From positions 15,323,045-15,387,044 of the forward strand of contig NC_092680.1 of NCBI RefSeq assembly GCF_964355755.1: a stretch of 64,000 nucleotides of DNA. The letters run 5' to 3'. A program made the position numbers and the translations under genes. The DNA is from Antedon mediterranea (taxonomy: Eukaryota > Animalia > Echinodermata). The notes beneath the pieces were generated by a model. The model had not been told where the DNA came from. It did not search any database and saw only the letters and a list, made by a program, of their open reading frames with translations. This document shows, one piece after another, positions 10,669 through 25,500 of the stretch (position 1 is its first letter; every line of letters starts with the position of its first letter).

Positions 10669-13600
10669 ATGGCTTCATTTCGACTTTTTATTTTTATTAT
10701 ATCCATCCTGTTCACATTTTCAAATGCGAAGGACGTTTTGTTTGGTAAGTATGTTTTTAATCATAATACAATTGCTGTTTAAAAATTATACTTTGTTGGC
10801 CTACCAGCATTTTAAAGTTCAATTACTTTCGATAAGGACACATTGAAATGATGCAAAGTAAATTATTTTACTTTGAACGGTTAGTTTGTTTAGTATCGTT
10901 TTAATATATACATAAACTAAATTGCTACACTACAATTATACAGACGTAAACGATTAAATTTAACAAATGTTTAAAACTGCCTGATAAAATACTTCAGGAG
11001 TAGATTTTGTTTTTAAAACTAAATAAGTGCAATATTAAATATACATAACTTAAAATGAAGTATAAAGAAATCTTATATAAAATTTTCTCTACCAACAAGT
11101 GCTAATATGATTCCTCTCTTAAAGTAATTGAAAACAAATATTTCTGTTGTAGGTTTGCAATAAACACTAGTGAAGTTAGGTTTGCGTTACAAAATGTATT
11201 TCTAAATTGAAATAAAGAAAGATAGAGAATGTATCGACTTTATAAATATTGTCATGTTACAGCCGTCTCCTGGAGAAAGGCAATTTACACAGACGTGCGC
11301 AACGGTAAACGGAACACAGTGTAGCTTATCCTACACAGAATCTGTATCTAACCTGAGTCGAAAACGCCCGTCCGCTCCGTATTCTGTGTAAATTGTCATA
11401 AAAAATAACTTAATTCTATTTATTTATACACAACACCACATAAACACAGTAATACAATAGTTAACATTTATTATGTATTTGATACAACTGTCGTAATTAC
11501 CTTACCCTCAATAATGAAATTCTTTAATTATTATTTGGCTTATTTATAGAAATTTGATACCACTACTGTGGTCCGTCTTACCTTAAATAATAACATTCTT
11601 AATTATTTCGAGGGCTACTCATTTCATACTAGTTCGCTGTGTTGGGGATATTTCGTGAGACCTGAGACCCAGGAGAATTCCACTGGGTGTCAGTAGGGTA
11701 TATTTCCCAAATTTGCTTTACCATTATCGCTTGTGTGTGTAAATTGGTCTTATCGTTCTCTCTTTCCCTCAACATTTGTCAGCATTTTTCGTAATGTAGT
11801 TTATAATGTTGGGCCTTGACCGACTAATCTAATTCAGAAAATTATTTTTAAATATCCTTACGACACCATATAACTTGAGCACCGATGTAATTTTCAAAAA
11901 TATTTTTTTTAAATGTCTTTAAAACTGTCTTATCTGAGCTTCAGGACCACTATATAAAAATAAAGGGGAATTGTTTTACTACGGAATAACATAGTGTTTA
12001 AATATTTTGTATGCTGAAAAATAAAACATTTTATATAAATAAAAACACGCTAAAAATTATTGATTGAATACAGCACATAGATGCTTACATGGCCCTCAAC
12101 TGTATTCGTTTACCAATGCAGTGCTTCTCTGAATAGTGACAGTGTTAAACTTATAATAATTAGCGTTAAAAATTATTCTATTTTAAGGAATAGTCGAATT
12201 GGCAAAGGCAGATTAGATTCTTTCTTATCAAAGCTACAAAGGGTGTGTTTTAACGTTCTTGGTCAATTTAAGTAGACCACTTTTATTCCCCATGTGTATA
12301 TTAATATTTATGTGAAAACTAGATTGAATTAGAGTAAAAAAAAGATAGGATCAGGATTGTTCTATTAACTCGAACGTTGCCACCCTAGGGGCAATCGGTT
12401 TCTGTAAGTTATTAAAATGTCTAAACAGTAAATTATTTTTTCTATAACGTTTATAAAACATGACGATGAAAAAGTATGGTGATGCTACTATTAGAATAGG
12501 ATAAGAAAATGTTTAGGCCTAATGTAAAAAAAATAAGGTAAAATACGTGCGAATCACCTTTATTATTAGAAATACAGTAAGTCAAGTCTGATCCGCCACA
12601 TCAAACTGCTTAGGCTATGTTATATTATACTTTACATCAAATTTGATACAGTATGACAATCTTCTATCAGTTTCAAAAACGGTTTTTAGTTGCTGTTCTG
12701 ACAGATAACTTCAGTATTTACTGGTACTGTACTATTAAGGTTATGTCAAGGTTTAATGACCACTGTTCAATCAAGAATAATTCTTTAAAAATGTAATTGT
12801 TTCTATGGTTCAAGAATTGTTAATATTACTACATGTATACAGTACATTTGTATAGTATTTCAATTAAGTAGTTGTGTTAATTTTATCATACATTTCTTTA
12901 CTTTAGGATTTTTTTATTTCCTGTTTTTTCTTTTAACACTATGCTTTGTTACTGTTCTTGTGGCCGTCTTCTCCCGAAGACACATGGCCGTCATTGACGG
13001 ATTTCACTGCTGGTATACTCGAGATCTACGTTTATATACAATGCGTATGCCTACACTTTATTTCAATGTTTATGTTGTGTTGATATAACATTGCGATTAC
13101 GTTATTTATTGAAATATTTATATGTTGATGTGCTGTTATTTTCTTCTTGTGCTTTTGTTATGGTCTGTGTTGCTGAAATAAATAATTAATATCAAAGACT
13201 TTTTATTACTTTTTTTCTAATCTATTTTTTTTCTAATCTTTTTCTTGTTTTTATTTTATATTCTATTTTTTAATGCAACCTTAAAATATGTAATTTTCCT
13301 TTCCTTTATTTAAAATTATTAAAATATTAAAAAAAAAACGATTTAAATCCATCTAATTTAATTTAGAATAAAAAAATATCCCTATTCTAAAACCAAAATC
13401 TAAGCCTATTAAAACATCAAGGGAAAAGACCACAATTGAATACTCAATCCAATCGTTCATTTTGAAGAACAACTTATGTTTATTATTAGGTGCTATTCTC
13501 GGAAAAGATAGTTCTTCGACGACGGCGTACAGCTTGCCGAGTGGTTTCATCAATCTAGAACAGGTCATTGAAGACGCTACAAGGGTGGTTACTAGTAACT

Positions 13601-16600
13601 ACAGTTTCTTAACAAGTACTCATCAGCTGAAAGCCACGTTCGAAAGAGATTATAAAGATTCATTATTTGAAGTAATGCATTTAGGTAGGTCCATGAATAA
13701 ATATTATGTGTTTAATAAGTAATCAAGTATTTCATTTTAACATAATGTTGAAGTTAATCAATTTGATTAATTAATATATTATGTTATCCTAGTTTGGTAA
13801 TGTAGTTTGCAAATAAGTCAATAAATAATAAATATATAATGTATATAGAATAACGAATACTATGTTGATATAAAGTTTGCGGTAATTAGTTCTGAAAAGA
13901 ACTTTTGAGTTTCTCGACATTTCGATGAATATACTTAGGGAAACTCAACAGTTTTTTTTAACTAAATAAACGTGATGTAAGCAAAATGTATGTCAACATA
14001 TAATAAATCTTCATCAAAAAAAGTTTTTTCTCACTAATGTGTTTACTGTCGCATACACATCGATAGGCTAAATGTTAGGTCACGTCTAGTAATAAATAAT
14101 GTTGTACACAGTATGACATGGTATAATATCATCCTTCCTTTTCTTCCATTTTTCCAAATTGTAAAGCTTGTGATACAATTCGGACAAACAGACCTACTTA
14201 CCTCATCGTTCTGGAAGATGTATGTCCTGGTTGCAGTGATTTGGCATCGTACGTTAGTAAGACAACGGAGGGACCTATTATTTCTATAGATCCTGGTCAA
14301 GTAGGCACAGGTTCCCGGGCATTGAAGATGTACCCACCTCAAAGTGACATGATCAACTTTTACATGGATATTTTGAAATATTATAAATGGAGAAAATGGA
14401 CTTTCGTTTACGATCACGGTGAAAGTGAGTAAATATGAGTTGTTTTAGTTGGCCTATCGGTTATATGTAATGTGAATTCTAAATTCGTTTTGCTATTTTT
14501 TAAGTTAATCAGAATTATTTTTGTAATTTTAATTTTCAGTGTTCAACAACTTTCTACCTATCAAAGCTTGGGCTGATACACAACAGTTTAACGTTACATT
14601 TGAGCCTTTTGAAGGTAACTTAGACATGTTGGCTCAACGAATTCGTAAACGCGATGATGCGAACATATTCTTGCTAACAGCAACGGAGAAGGCAAGCCTC
14701 GATATCATTCTTGGTGGAATTGATCGAGGAATAATATCCAGAAAGTATCATTGGATAGTTGGGCATCTTGTAAGTTTACCATTAGTGTTTACCGACCTAT
14801 TGTATTATGATTTATTCTATTATGATTTAGGCCTAGTCTTTATTGACAAACGGGAGATAAGAGTCCAACAAAATATATTCAATGAAGCATAAAGTCTTAA
14901 TATGTACCGTATCAAATTTAGATACTATTTTAAACTAATTTTAATTAAAACAAGGCCAACAGCCATAAGTCGCGTGCTAAAACGCTTAGTGATACCGGAC
15001 CAACAGACAGACCGACAGACCGACAGACCGACCGACCGACATAGTGAACTATAGAGTCGCGTCCACGCGACTAAAAACAAAATTTAACAATAATAAATGT
15101 TCAATTAATAATCTGACACTGTACATTACGATTTTGACGTAGGCCTAAGTATCAGTAAAAGGAAAACATAAGGAAGGAAGACATAACGCGTACATTACGT
15201 TTCTCCTATGCAAATCAAATTCCATTACCTTACTACTGGACAGGCAATTAAGACAATTTCTTGTGTTGTTTTTGAGTGCTTTTGGTTTTTATCCCTTAAA
15301 AAGATTTTCTCTTTCCATTCTTTTGGAATTGCGTTTAATACAATTTGCCATTCAGCAATCCAGTTTGATTTATACCTAAGCATATCTAGTAATTCATTTG
15401 CGTTAATGAACCTTTTCTCAATTACAATATCCTTAATATTTCGCACACCTGACCTTATCCAGTTTCTAAAAAATATTGACATGTCATTGTATAAAATCAT
15501 TTTGTTATACCAGAGTTGTTGATGCAATATATCATCATAACATAATTGACGTTTAGTCATACCACTATTAAGTTTGACTAAAATACATAGTATAGATTTA
15601 TAGAAATCTGGTATGGCTTTAAAAATAGCATTTTTCTTATCAATATATGATATGTTTTCAATAATATCGTTTGGGCCTATTCTATTAAAATATGTGTTTG
15701 GCAGACATTTCCACTTTGAATCCTCATTGTTATACAATCTTTTAAGCCAAGATATTTTTAAAGATTTAACCTGTGACCTGAAATCAGGCGCTTTAACACC
15801 ACCACTTTCATATTCGTTTATAAGAACTACTCTTTTAACCTTTTCTCTTTTTCCATCCCACAAAAAGTCAAAAATTATGTTATCACCACGTTTTAGAACA
15901 CTTTCAGGCGTGTTTATAATACTTGCAACATAAACAAGTTTTGACAGGCCAAGCGTCTTTAAGATAATTATTATTGTCTGTGTATAGTTAGTGAGCATTT
16001 TACCAGTATTGTATAATAAAAAAGGTGTCCTTTTCTAACCCATTTATTTTTAATGAAATGCTTTATAGATAATTTTGCATTTAATTAAAATATATGTATA
16101 TTTGTGTGTTTTATTTACTTAGGATGTAGTACTGCAAAGCAATGTTAGAGAACGACTGGAGAGTACAGGAGTATACATGACTCGTTTTAAGATGAATTAT
16201 ACAATGGAGTGGCAATATACTTTCCCCTCATTTTCCGATCACCAAGCAATTTTACACGAATGGCCGCTACAATACAGGCTAGCATTCGATGCCGTTCTGG
16301 CTAGCGGATACGGACTCATGAAATATCGTCTGGAGCAATTGCATGTAGATCCTAATAATTATTATACAGATGCTACAGTAATAGACAATTGTCCTACCGG
16401 TAGTTACAATCGCAAACCTACCATGAGCAAAATTTACAATTATACAAAATATGTAAGTTATACTTCTTTCATTTAGATTGTTTTACCATTAATCATTTCA
16501 GCGTCAACAAATATAATTTATTTTGTTTCATTCACAGGTATAAACAAAAATGTACAAAAATAGTCAAATGCTAAAAACATTGTCATTATTTACAAAGGTT

Positions 16601-19600
16601 AAAAAACAAAAAATGTGTTTTTACTACATCTCCTTATTTAATTATACATTTTCTGACGTTAGAAAAAACAAAGCTAATTACTGATAACTTATATCTAAGT
16701 ATAAATTATCCCTTTATACGTTTGCAGTTAGTATAATTATGAAAATGATATTATTAATAATTTATCTACCTTTAAAATTGTTTTTGCAATCAATTTGTTC
16801 AAACTTAATTTATAAAAAAGTGACGCTATACGGTAGATTTTCTTTTATATATTACACTACAACATTACTTTTCAGTATAACTTTGAAGGGCTGACAGGAA
16901 ATATTGCCTTTAATGACGTTGGTGATAGAGTAAACTATTCGATCATGGTGCACGCTGGTATCGGGCGGACGTTGGATCAACTGGCAAGTACTCTTTTTAA
17001 ATTTATTTTTTAAACCTGTTTTCCACTAGGAAAATTTGTTTGCGCGAATCCAACGTTTTGCAGAGAAAAACAAATCGAGTCACAGGTCTGCTGAGCTTTT
17101 CTATTTGCAAGAGTGGTCATAAACGTGTTTCCAGCTCAGTTCCCGAGCTCACATTGGTTGCACAATGTTTCGCTTTGTTTCGCGTTTTAACTGGTATCGT
17201 AATTTCGCTGAAGCAACTAGAATTCGTCGTAGAGAGGGATTTGGAAGATGAAAACATAAATATGCATGCGTATAAAGCTGACGCTTTCGATTGGCGCGAA
17301 TAGACTCAGCTAGTGAATAGGCTTTACGCATTTAATGTAGGTCGGAGCATTATTTGATTTTGTTATTGATTTTATTTTTTGCAATAAACTATTTAATTTC
17401 TTTATTAAACATTGTAACACTGTGACTTTCGCACATAGTTTAAAATGTCGGTTAATTAGACATTTAAAAAAATCATTGATGTAACTTAATGCCACGTAGT
17501 TGACCCTTGACCCTGTCGCTAGTGACCATAACGATCACCTTTGAATGATAAATTGATAATAAGCTAACTTGTCTTTAACTATGTATTTTTTTATATCAGG
17601 TTGGAGAATGGGCAGAAAATCCTAATCACTGGGAAGATAGGTATAAACTGAAATGGGAAAGCCATGGACGATTTAATACGACCCGGTATGAACAAGGTGG
17701 AAGACGAAAGTTGAAAGTTGTATCGATCAAAGTATGTTGATAATTATACCTTGTTACGTAATTCAGTCATGCTGTACCCATCCAGAGGCTACACTAAACT
17801 AAATATAAATTTCCTTTATGGTATGTTGCCACTTACGCTCGTCGTTATCTCCAGCTCAGTTGAATAACAATAAGTGGCCTCCGCCGGTGGTTTATATGTG
17901 TAAGACTTGTTACTTAGCATGTTATCCTTACTTACTATTGAGATTGCTCTGTTTTAAACAACTATTTATATAACACATAAATAAATTCTTGTCAATTGAT
18001 TGGACGATTAATGATCACATGACGTGCAATAGTACGTCCTATTTAACACAATGGTCTAATAATAGTTTTTTATACTTTTTTTTTCGCCCCGTGAAAATAG
18101 AATTTCATCTATCACCTCATACATTATTTGTACTATCTCACTCATAAATATTCATTATTTTTTTATAATATATCAATTTTTTTAGTATAACAAGTAGGCC
18201 TATTTTATGTAAAAATAATATGATTATGCCTATGAATGAGCAGGCCTAGTTATCTATTTCAGATTTAACGTCACGAAATCAATGCAGTTTCTGATTACAT
18301 ACGCTGTGTTTACCACTTTCATCCTAATATTATATAATAACTAACAATGTTCCTGTTTTTGTAGGTCTTTCATGTTTTTAATTACGGCATTTAATATCTT
18401 TTCTTATATGTGTTAAGGTTCCACCGTTTTTAATGGACAAAGATGATGTACTTTACAGAACAAAACGAGACACTAATTACGTAGATGAATACGATCGTGA
18501 TCGCTACAAAGGATTCATTGTTGACCTACTAGAAGAAATAAAAAATACGGCAAAAGGCATTGATTTTGATTACGATATCGAGCTGGTGCCGGACGGAAAA
18601 TTCGGTACAAGAAAACCATTTAGTAAAACATGGAACGGAATGATTGGCGAAGTATACAGAGGAGTAAGACCTTTTGTTTTTTTAAAAACCAAAGATAGGT
18701 TTAGCTAGTTTTAAAGATATGTATTCATGAAAAATGAAGTTTAATAAAAACAGATTTTGAATTGGTAATTTTGCAGTTTGCAAGTTAATCACTTCCGTAG
18801 AAAAAAAACCAAAAAAAACCCCAATAATTTCACTTTTTCAAAAGATAAAAAAAATGTTAAATTCAACCATTTACTTCCAGCCAGTTTGACTATTTGTTTG
18901 CGTTAAATCACTGTTTCTTCAGGTAAATCATTTTTTTCCGATCCAATTTTTGGTCAAAGTGAATAACTATTACGTGACATTAAACTTATAATATATAACA
19001 ATATATCTTTAAATGACAATATTTTGCTTCTTATGACTTACTGGTATACCTATTAACAAACATTCTATTCAGAATTTAAAACTATTTAAGACATAATTCG
19101 GAACATGATTATTTAATTATAGTTGAAGTAAAATAGCTCACTTATGCCACATAAAATATCAGTTTCTGCTAATGAAGGACGGCTATTCTGAATATTAACT
19201 AATGTATTAAATAAAGATACAATCCTTTTCAAAAATCAACAACCATATCGCTGGTATTCATAACGGAATACAACAGTAATTCAATTACTTTCCACACTGT
19301 AATATATTTATCGAATCATGGAATCATGTTTCTGTAAATATCTGAGCATTTTTTTGTTATCTCAAGAGATCGATAAAATAAGTTAAATTCAGTATAATTT
19401 ACGTACCGAAAATTCGAGCACTTAAGTACCTCTGTGAGATTTGTAGGCTACTTTTGAAGATCTTCTGGTGAAATAAAAAACCATTTTGAAAAATCATATT
19501 CACAGGTGTTATTAAAATATGACATCGATTCATGTTACTGCAGAGTGCATGTATTTATTTTATATTACTTTAGTTCCTATTATAATAGAAGTTTCTGCCC

Positions 19601-21143
19601 TATGAATATTCATTTATTCTGTTACTTTCTTATTTGCATTCTCATTTACATATTATTTGCCAAGTGTGCACAGTGTGCTGTTTCTCCTTTGTTTTCCTTT
19701 GTCATAATTTTCTTTTGGAAGGAATCAGCAGCAGCTGACCTAATTGGTAGATCCAATTAAAATTCATGTTTTTCAGAAGTTTCTGATTTTTCAATTCAAA
19801 AGCCACAACATCTTTCAAGCGTCATTACTACGTGATATTGTTTTAAGCCTATAGTCTGTTTTGCACTTATCCTTTTAATATTATGTTATTATAAATGAGT
19901 AATGTAAGGCATATTGATCAGCAATGACTTATTTAATTATATTTTGTTTACGCAGAAAGCAGACATCGCAGCTGGCCCTTTGACTATTCGACCAGACAGA
20001 GTCCAGGATGTAGATTTTACCAGTGCATTTATGCAGGCTGATTTAGCTGCTCTTGTTCACCACCCTAGCTACACCACCGGGGACGTACTAAGCTTTTTGT
20101 ACCCATTCTCTCTTTGGGTATGGCTTTTAAACATCGTTGTATTTGTGGTGGTTAGTCTTATCATCTACGGAATCAATTATTTTGACCCATACGAGTGGCG
20201 CTTGACTGCTTTGCGCGGGGACGCGTATGAGGAAAACATGGACAATTTCAATTTATCTAACACAATGTGGTTCCTTACATCTACCATGCTTTTTCAAAGT
20301 TTCGATACATCTCCAAGATCAAACGCAGGCCGTGTGATGGCGATATTTTGGTGGGCTTTTGTCGTCATCATGGTCTTCCTTTATATCTCGAACTTACCAT
20401 TTTTTCTTCAGTCTACGAAACGACTAACAGGCATAAGATCAATGGATGAAATGCTTGACCGTTACGACGTACAACCGGGTATTGTAGCAAGTGGTTCCAC
20501 ATTCCACCTTTTGAAAAAATCGAAAGATCAAACACTGAACCGGTTTTTTAAATTTGTGGAATATGCCAATCCAAGTGTTTTAGTGTCAAGTACAGAACAA
20601 GGCATTGATCTGGTGCGTGATAAAAGCAGACGTTTTGCTTTAGTTGGCGAATCTCCAGTTTTAGCATTCCATGCCTCAAAGGATCCGTGTGATCTTCATG
20701 TGACTATTGGGAAGATTTACAGACAGAGTTACGGACTTGCTATTCGGAAAGACTCGCCGTTAAAGGAACCGTTGTCTCACGCCATAGAACTACTCATAAA
20801 AAATGAACAGCTACATCGTCTTGAGTTAAATTGGTGGCAGAGGAATAACAGATGTGGAAACATGACAACCTGGGAGAAACAAGGCATTTATTCATTTACG
20901 TCAGTCGATCTCTATGGTATATACATCTTACTCGCGCTAAGTATGATCGCCAGTATTGTGATCTTTATGGTGGAATTTCTTTGTTGTGATTCAAGTAAAC
21001 ATCAGAAAAAGAGCAAGAAAAGGAACAAGCCTAGCAGTAAAAGGAAGGAAAATGAGCAATTTACCCTCTCTGTTATAAATGGTGATCGCACACCAGAGCC
21101 ACCTATGATACTATCTACAGAAAAAGAAAAACAATGGCTTTAA
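10669..21143 (+). CDS. Divergent ionotropic glutamate receptor, cluster gene 2 (~920 aa)
   Basis: Exons 10669-10744 (signal peptide MASFRLFIFIISILFTFSNA), 13490-13684, 14167-14424, 14540-14769, 16123-16452, 16876-16983 (GC donor), 17600-17731, 18418-18663, 19956-21143. Total 2763 nt in frame; same iGluR domain order as gene 1. Confidence 0.92.
11278..11398. mobile_element. Small TIR element (Harbinger-like MITE)
   Basis: CAATTTACACAGA...TCTGTGTAAATTG inverted ends with internal ACGG/CCGT symmetry. Confidence 0.55.
14946..15078 (+). mobile_element. Short Helentron-associated (DINE-1/HINE-like) element
   Basis: (ACAG/ACCG)n microsatellite followed by the hairpin AGTCGCGTCCACGCGACT and AAAAA; AGTCGCGT also occurs near the 5' end. 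Confidence 0.55.
15225..15975 (-). mobile_element. L1/Tx1-clade LINE ORF2 fragment (post-RT region), antisense in gene 2 intron 4
   Basis: KTLGLSKLVY...IIFDFLWDGKREKVKR..L...YESGGVKAPDF....SLKISWLKRL...W...LWYNKMI...F..W...GV..IKD is typical of L1/Tx1 ORF2 downstream of RT; truncated at both ends. Confidence 0.85.
17012..17326. mobile_element. Degenerate Harbinger-like MITE
   Basis: AAACCTGTTTTCCACTAG...CTAGTGAATAGGCTTT imperfect TIR with CGCGAA subterminal motifs. Confidence 0.5.
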
Positions 21144-21205
21144 CATTTATGAGTCAAACAATTTGTTGCTAAAATTGATGATTATTTCTTTCAGTTCATC
21201 GCGCC

Positions 21206-21518
21206 ATAGTTGGACCCGGGAGCGTATTTTGCAAAAACTTTTCTAAAAGAGAGAGGGCGCCCGTACTTAAATATAGCTATCTGATAGGAAGCCAGTCGCC
21301 GAGAGAAGGTTAGGTTTAGGTATTTAGACAATTTCAGCTTTGTAACCCTCGAAAATTCAAAAAAGGCTTTGAAGAAACGGCTGAAATGATGAAAACTCAC
21401 TTCCACAATGTATAGTTCAATTTTAACATTCCGCAGAGCAATAAATATAGACATTCCGTTCACGGATTTTAGAAAAGCACACATGTCGACACTGCCGGCC
21501 ATTTTTGTGTCCAACTAT
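21206..21518. mobile_element. GC-richer TIR element in the proximal 3' UTR of gene 2
   Basis: 10-bp inverted repeat ATAGTTGGAC (21206-21215) / GTCCAACTAT (21509-21518); internal GGTTAGGTTTAGG motif. Confidence 0.45.
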
Positions 21519-22577
21519 TCCTATGTAGAGTATGAAGGTGTATATCGTTCACAAATCTTTAACTATAGAATTTAATATCAAAATAATCCATTTGTTTTGT
21601 ATAATAACGAAATTATTAAGTTACCGAACATGATTTTAAACAACAAAGTGTAACAATAATGTCTCGTAGAAAATATATTGTTTGAATTTGCATGGCGAAA
21701 TCAAATGGTGATATGAAGTTTGCGGTACACCACGTATATTAGTTCTGAAAAGAACTGTTTAGTTTTTCAACGTTTGTAGAGAATAACCATACAAACTAAA
21801 CGCGCATGCGTAAGAGATATTCTTTGATAACACAACAAAATGACCTCTCCATTCAATGTTGTAACTCTTTCAATGGCTCTGACATTCTGTATTAGTGTAC
21901 ATGCACCCTCTACGACCACTTTTAAAAATACTAATAGACTCTCTATCCAGTGAGGTATAAATAATAACACCACCCTGCTTTATCGTTTCTGTAATACAGT
22001 ATCACATGTGTCTAAGATTATTATGTTATTCCATGAATGAAGCAATGATGTAATTTAAATTACGTAAGGGTTTTTCCATAATTATTGTCATTATTGTCAA
22101 TCATTATATAACGTGAAGGTCAATATTTGTGGGATTGATTTAATTGTGTATACTAATGTGTTTGTACAGTATTAGAAATGATGGATAATATTGCACAAGT
22201 TACTAAGCTTATTACAGTATATCTATTGTCTAACAATTTTTACCGTAAATTATTTAATTCTAATTCACATGCCAATCAATTAGTACTTATGGATTCGTTC
22301 CATATTTTACACACACCGTGATAGCTTTTCTATAATTAAAGTAATTACTTCACGGTGAGGGCGCTTGTGTACTGTAAAAGAACCGGCTTTACGGTCTGCG
22401 TCACTGATTGTAAACGAATAATGCATAATACCTATTTACCTCTAGAGCATCGCACAAAGCTGGTTCTTCTCCGGCAGCAATTTCAGCGGCCATTTTAGAC
22501 GATAAATGATACATAGTCTGTATTCTTTATAAAGTGCACGTATAAAATATTCCTCGATTGTAATATCGACGGAAGAA

Positions 22578-25500
22578 ATGGCTCACGCTGTGGTAAATGT
22601 TTTGGTTTGTGTTTTGCTTTTTCACGCAAATGTTCACATTGCTAATGGAGAAGGTGTTACATTTGGTAAGTTTTATACCTGTTGATTTTTTTAAATAAAT
22701 GTAATTAAATTATGCACGATACAGTATTAATAACACGATTCCTATGCTTTTTTGTAAATATGTATGATTTTATCAGATCTATTAGAAAATAGGCTCAGTA
22801 AAAGCATTTTCGCATCAACTAAGCTGAAACCGACCATCATCTCATGTTATGTTGTTTACTTACTACCTGCCTATATAGAATAAAATAGAACTGAAAGCAC
22901 CAATTAATATTGCCGGTATCCGGATGTTGGTTTCAGCATTTCTTTATAAAAATAACGGATTGTATTTTAATTTATTCATCATAAAACAATTCCTACCATC
23001 TTAAATTACAAGACTTGTATAATAATACTATTTTTATTTCCTTATAAATGTGATTTTTCAAGTAGCAGTCTACCTCCCTGTTTTTAATTCGTATCTGTAT
23101 TTGTGTTTAAAAATACTTATTTTAAATGCTTGTGTCTTTGTCTAAATATATTTGTTCTAAAATTAAAAAGGGGTAAATACATAGTGAATATCCTGATCAA
23201 TATAAATGCTTAAATATAATATTTAAATTATGAATTTAAATAATGGTGTGTCATCCGTGATGATCCACCTTTGACTTCCTTGCATTGGATGAAATGTAAT
23301 GACTAATATTTTGAAATCCTACATTAACAATATTAATCAACGTTTTAAACACCGACTGTAAAACAAAGTAACATAGTCGGGCTGTAACCGAGAGTATGAA
23401 TCAGAAAGGTGATTAACGCATTATTTTCCCTGGTGCCTACCTATGTTTTAGCTGGGTAACAACGCCCTAGTTTAGGTACCACATTATGATTGACATTTAT
23501 TGACCAATCGCAATTGTATGGTGTTTTACCATATTCCATGAAAAGTTAATCAGAATGTGGTACCTTTACTCCCTTGTTAATATGAAAATCAAATCAAATT
23601 ATGCAAACCTGTACAGTATCATTCAGTTCACACCTCTTTACCCATGCGCGTGTTACGTCACCTATCAAGTGAACAATATTGCTATAGTTCGCAGCACTTT
23701 CTTGTCAACCTAAACTATCAATCTTCTGACGCTGTAGTGTTAGGTAAACAATTCAATAAAAGAAGCACTTGATGAACTTTCACATTTTTTACGTGTTACG
23801 CATTTTATGACTTTCGAAATTGATGCTTCTACTCGAATATATTTATTCTAATATATCCTCAAAGATAAAATACGTTTTGTCCAGAATTTGTTACGCATTG
23901 TAGGTTTAATTTTACATTCTTTTTATTATTGACCAAGACAATGGCAGTATCATAATATAAATAGGTGGTGGAATCTGTGGGACTAGAACAATGACTAAAA
24001 ACCGCATTACTATTTGTTATATTTCTCATGTGTGCGCTTTGCTGCTGAATTTTATTTTAAAAACCTAATAAAATACCTATCTGATTGAGGGAGATGTTGA
24101 CAAAATAAACCGCAAGGTGCAATGCAATAAAGTATACCAATTTAGGAAACGTCATGGAGTTGGCCTTCACCCTAGTTGTTGAGGACGTTCGTATACATCC
24201 TAAATTGATCTTTTATTATTTATTGATTATTCAATAGCCAGCATAGCCCAACTATGCTTTTTGATGCACTGTAAAGGTAGATTTTCAACGTGTTATGTTT
24301 TACTTAGCTTTGCTATGACTTTTTTACAGACTTGGCCTACAATACACTGTAATAAAATTAATACAACCCGACCCGCATAATGTCAAACATTTCCCCATCC
24401 AATTTTCCGAGTTATCTACCCTCAATTGTGGCCTCTACCCAATAACAGTATAATTATGACTACTAGTAAGGTATTTGGGTAATTTTCCAGTCAAATTCTT
24501 TGACCCGTAATGATCATGGCTCAAGTAAAGTTTATATAGCAGGTTTCAAAATACATTTTCCACTTTGTTGTTCTAAATAGTTGATAGCAAGCTCCGCGGC
24601 AAAATAGAACCGTTAAATTTCTTTAGGGCCTTTGGCGCTAAAATTAAGTTCACAAGCAATTTAAGAGGTCACAATTAAAAGAGATCTAGTTGGATAGCAA
24701 TCGTGTTGTTAACAAAACAATTGTTCGTTCTATTGTTTGCATCCATAAAAGCTTCTGAATTGACGCTTGATTACACTTCAGTTGCTTTCTAATTCCAATT
24801 TCTAAGGATGTTTTCAATACCGTGGCTTATAAATCCCTTTGTATAATTTTAAGTATGCTGACTAACCGATGATGAACAGTTTGTTATAATAGTTTCGTCA
24901 TTGGTGAACAATTTACCCCTGGCAATACCGTTCTCTATTGTATTTTGTCTATTCTAAACGACACAATGAAGGCTTTTTTACTATTGAATTTAGCTTTGAG
25001 TTTAGGTAGTACCTTTTAAATGAAAAGTAAGACTTTACAAACAGCATTTAGAAAATTATTTACATTTCAATGTAAGTGATATCGGTCGGCAAGCAAACAC
25101 ATTTGGAACAACATCCAGACCTAATAATAATTTTAAGTATGTTGACTAAACCGATGATGAACAGTTTATATATAATAGTTTCGTCATTGGTGAACAATTC
25201 AACCCCTAGTTCCTATGGCATTGATAAACTAGAAACTTTAGTAAAACAAATTATAAAGTTATAATATACTAGGCCTCCAAGACCGAATTCGGGCTAAAAA
25301 CCTTATTTTTGTTTTAATATTCAGTATAATTAATTATTCGTACATCCCCTTTAACAAAAAGGCCGACTGAACTATGCAGGTACTTATTTTATAGATAGTA
25401 TAGATAGACACACAAAAATGATAGACGTCTTGTTTATCATGAAATCTAACTTTAAACGTGTTTCATCAACATCATCCTTCTAACCTACATTTCGTTGGCA

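Noticed and set aside
14043-14417. Antisense or alternate-frame ORFs overlapping receptor exons (also 1078-1323, 28734-29030, 30956-31204, 37892-38167)
   Set aside because: Shadow ORFs of real exons with no recognisable domains.
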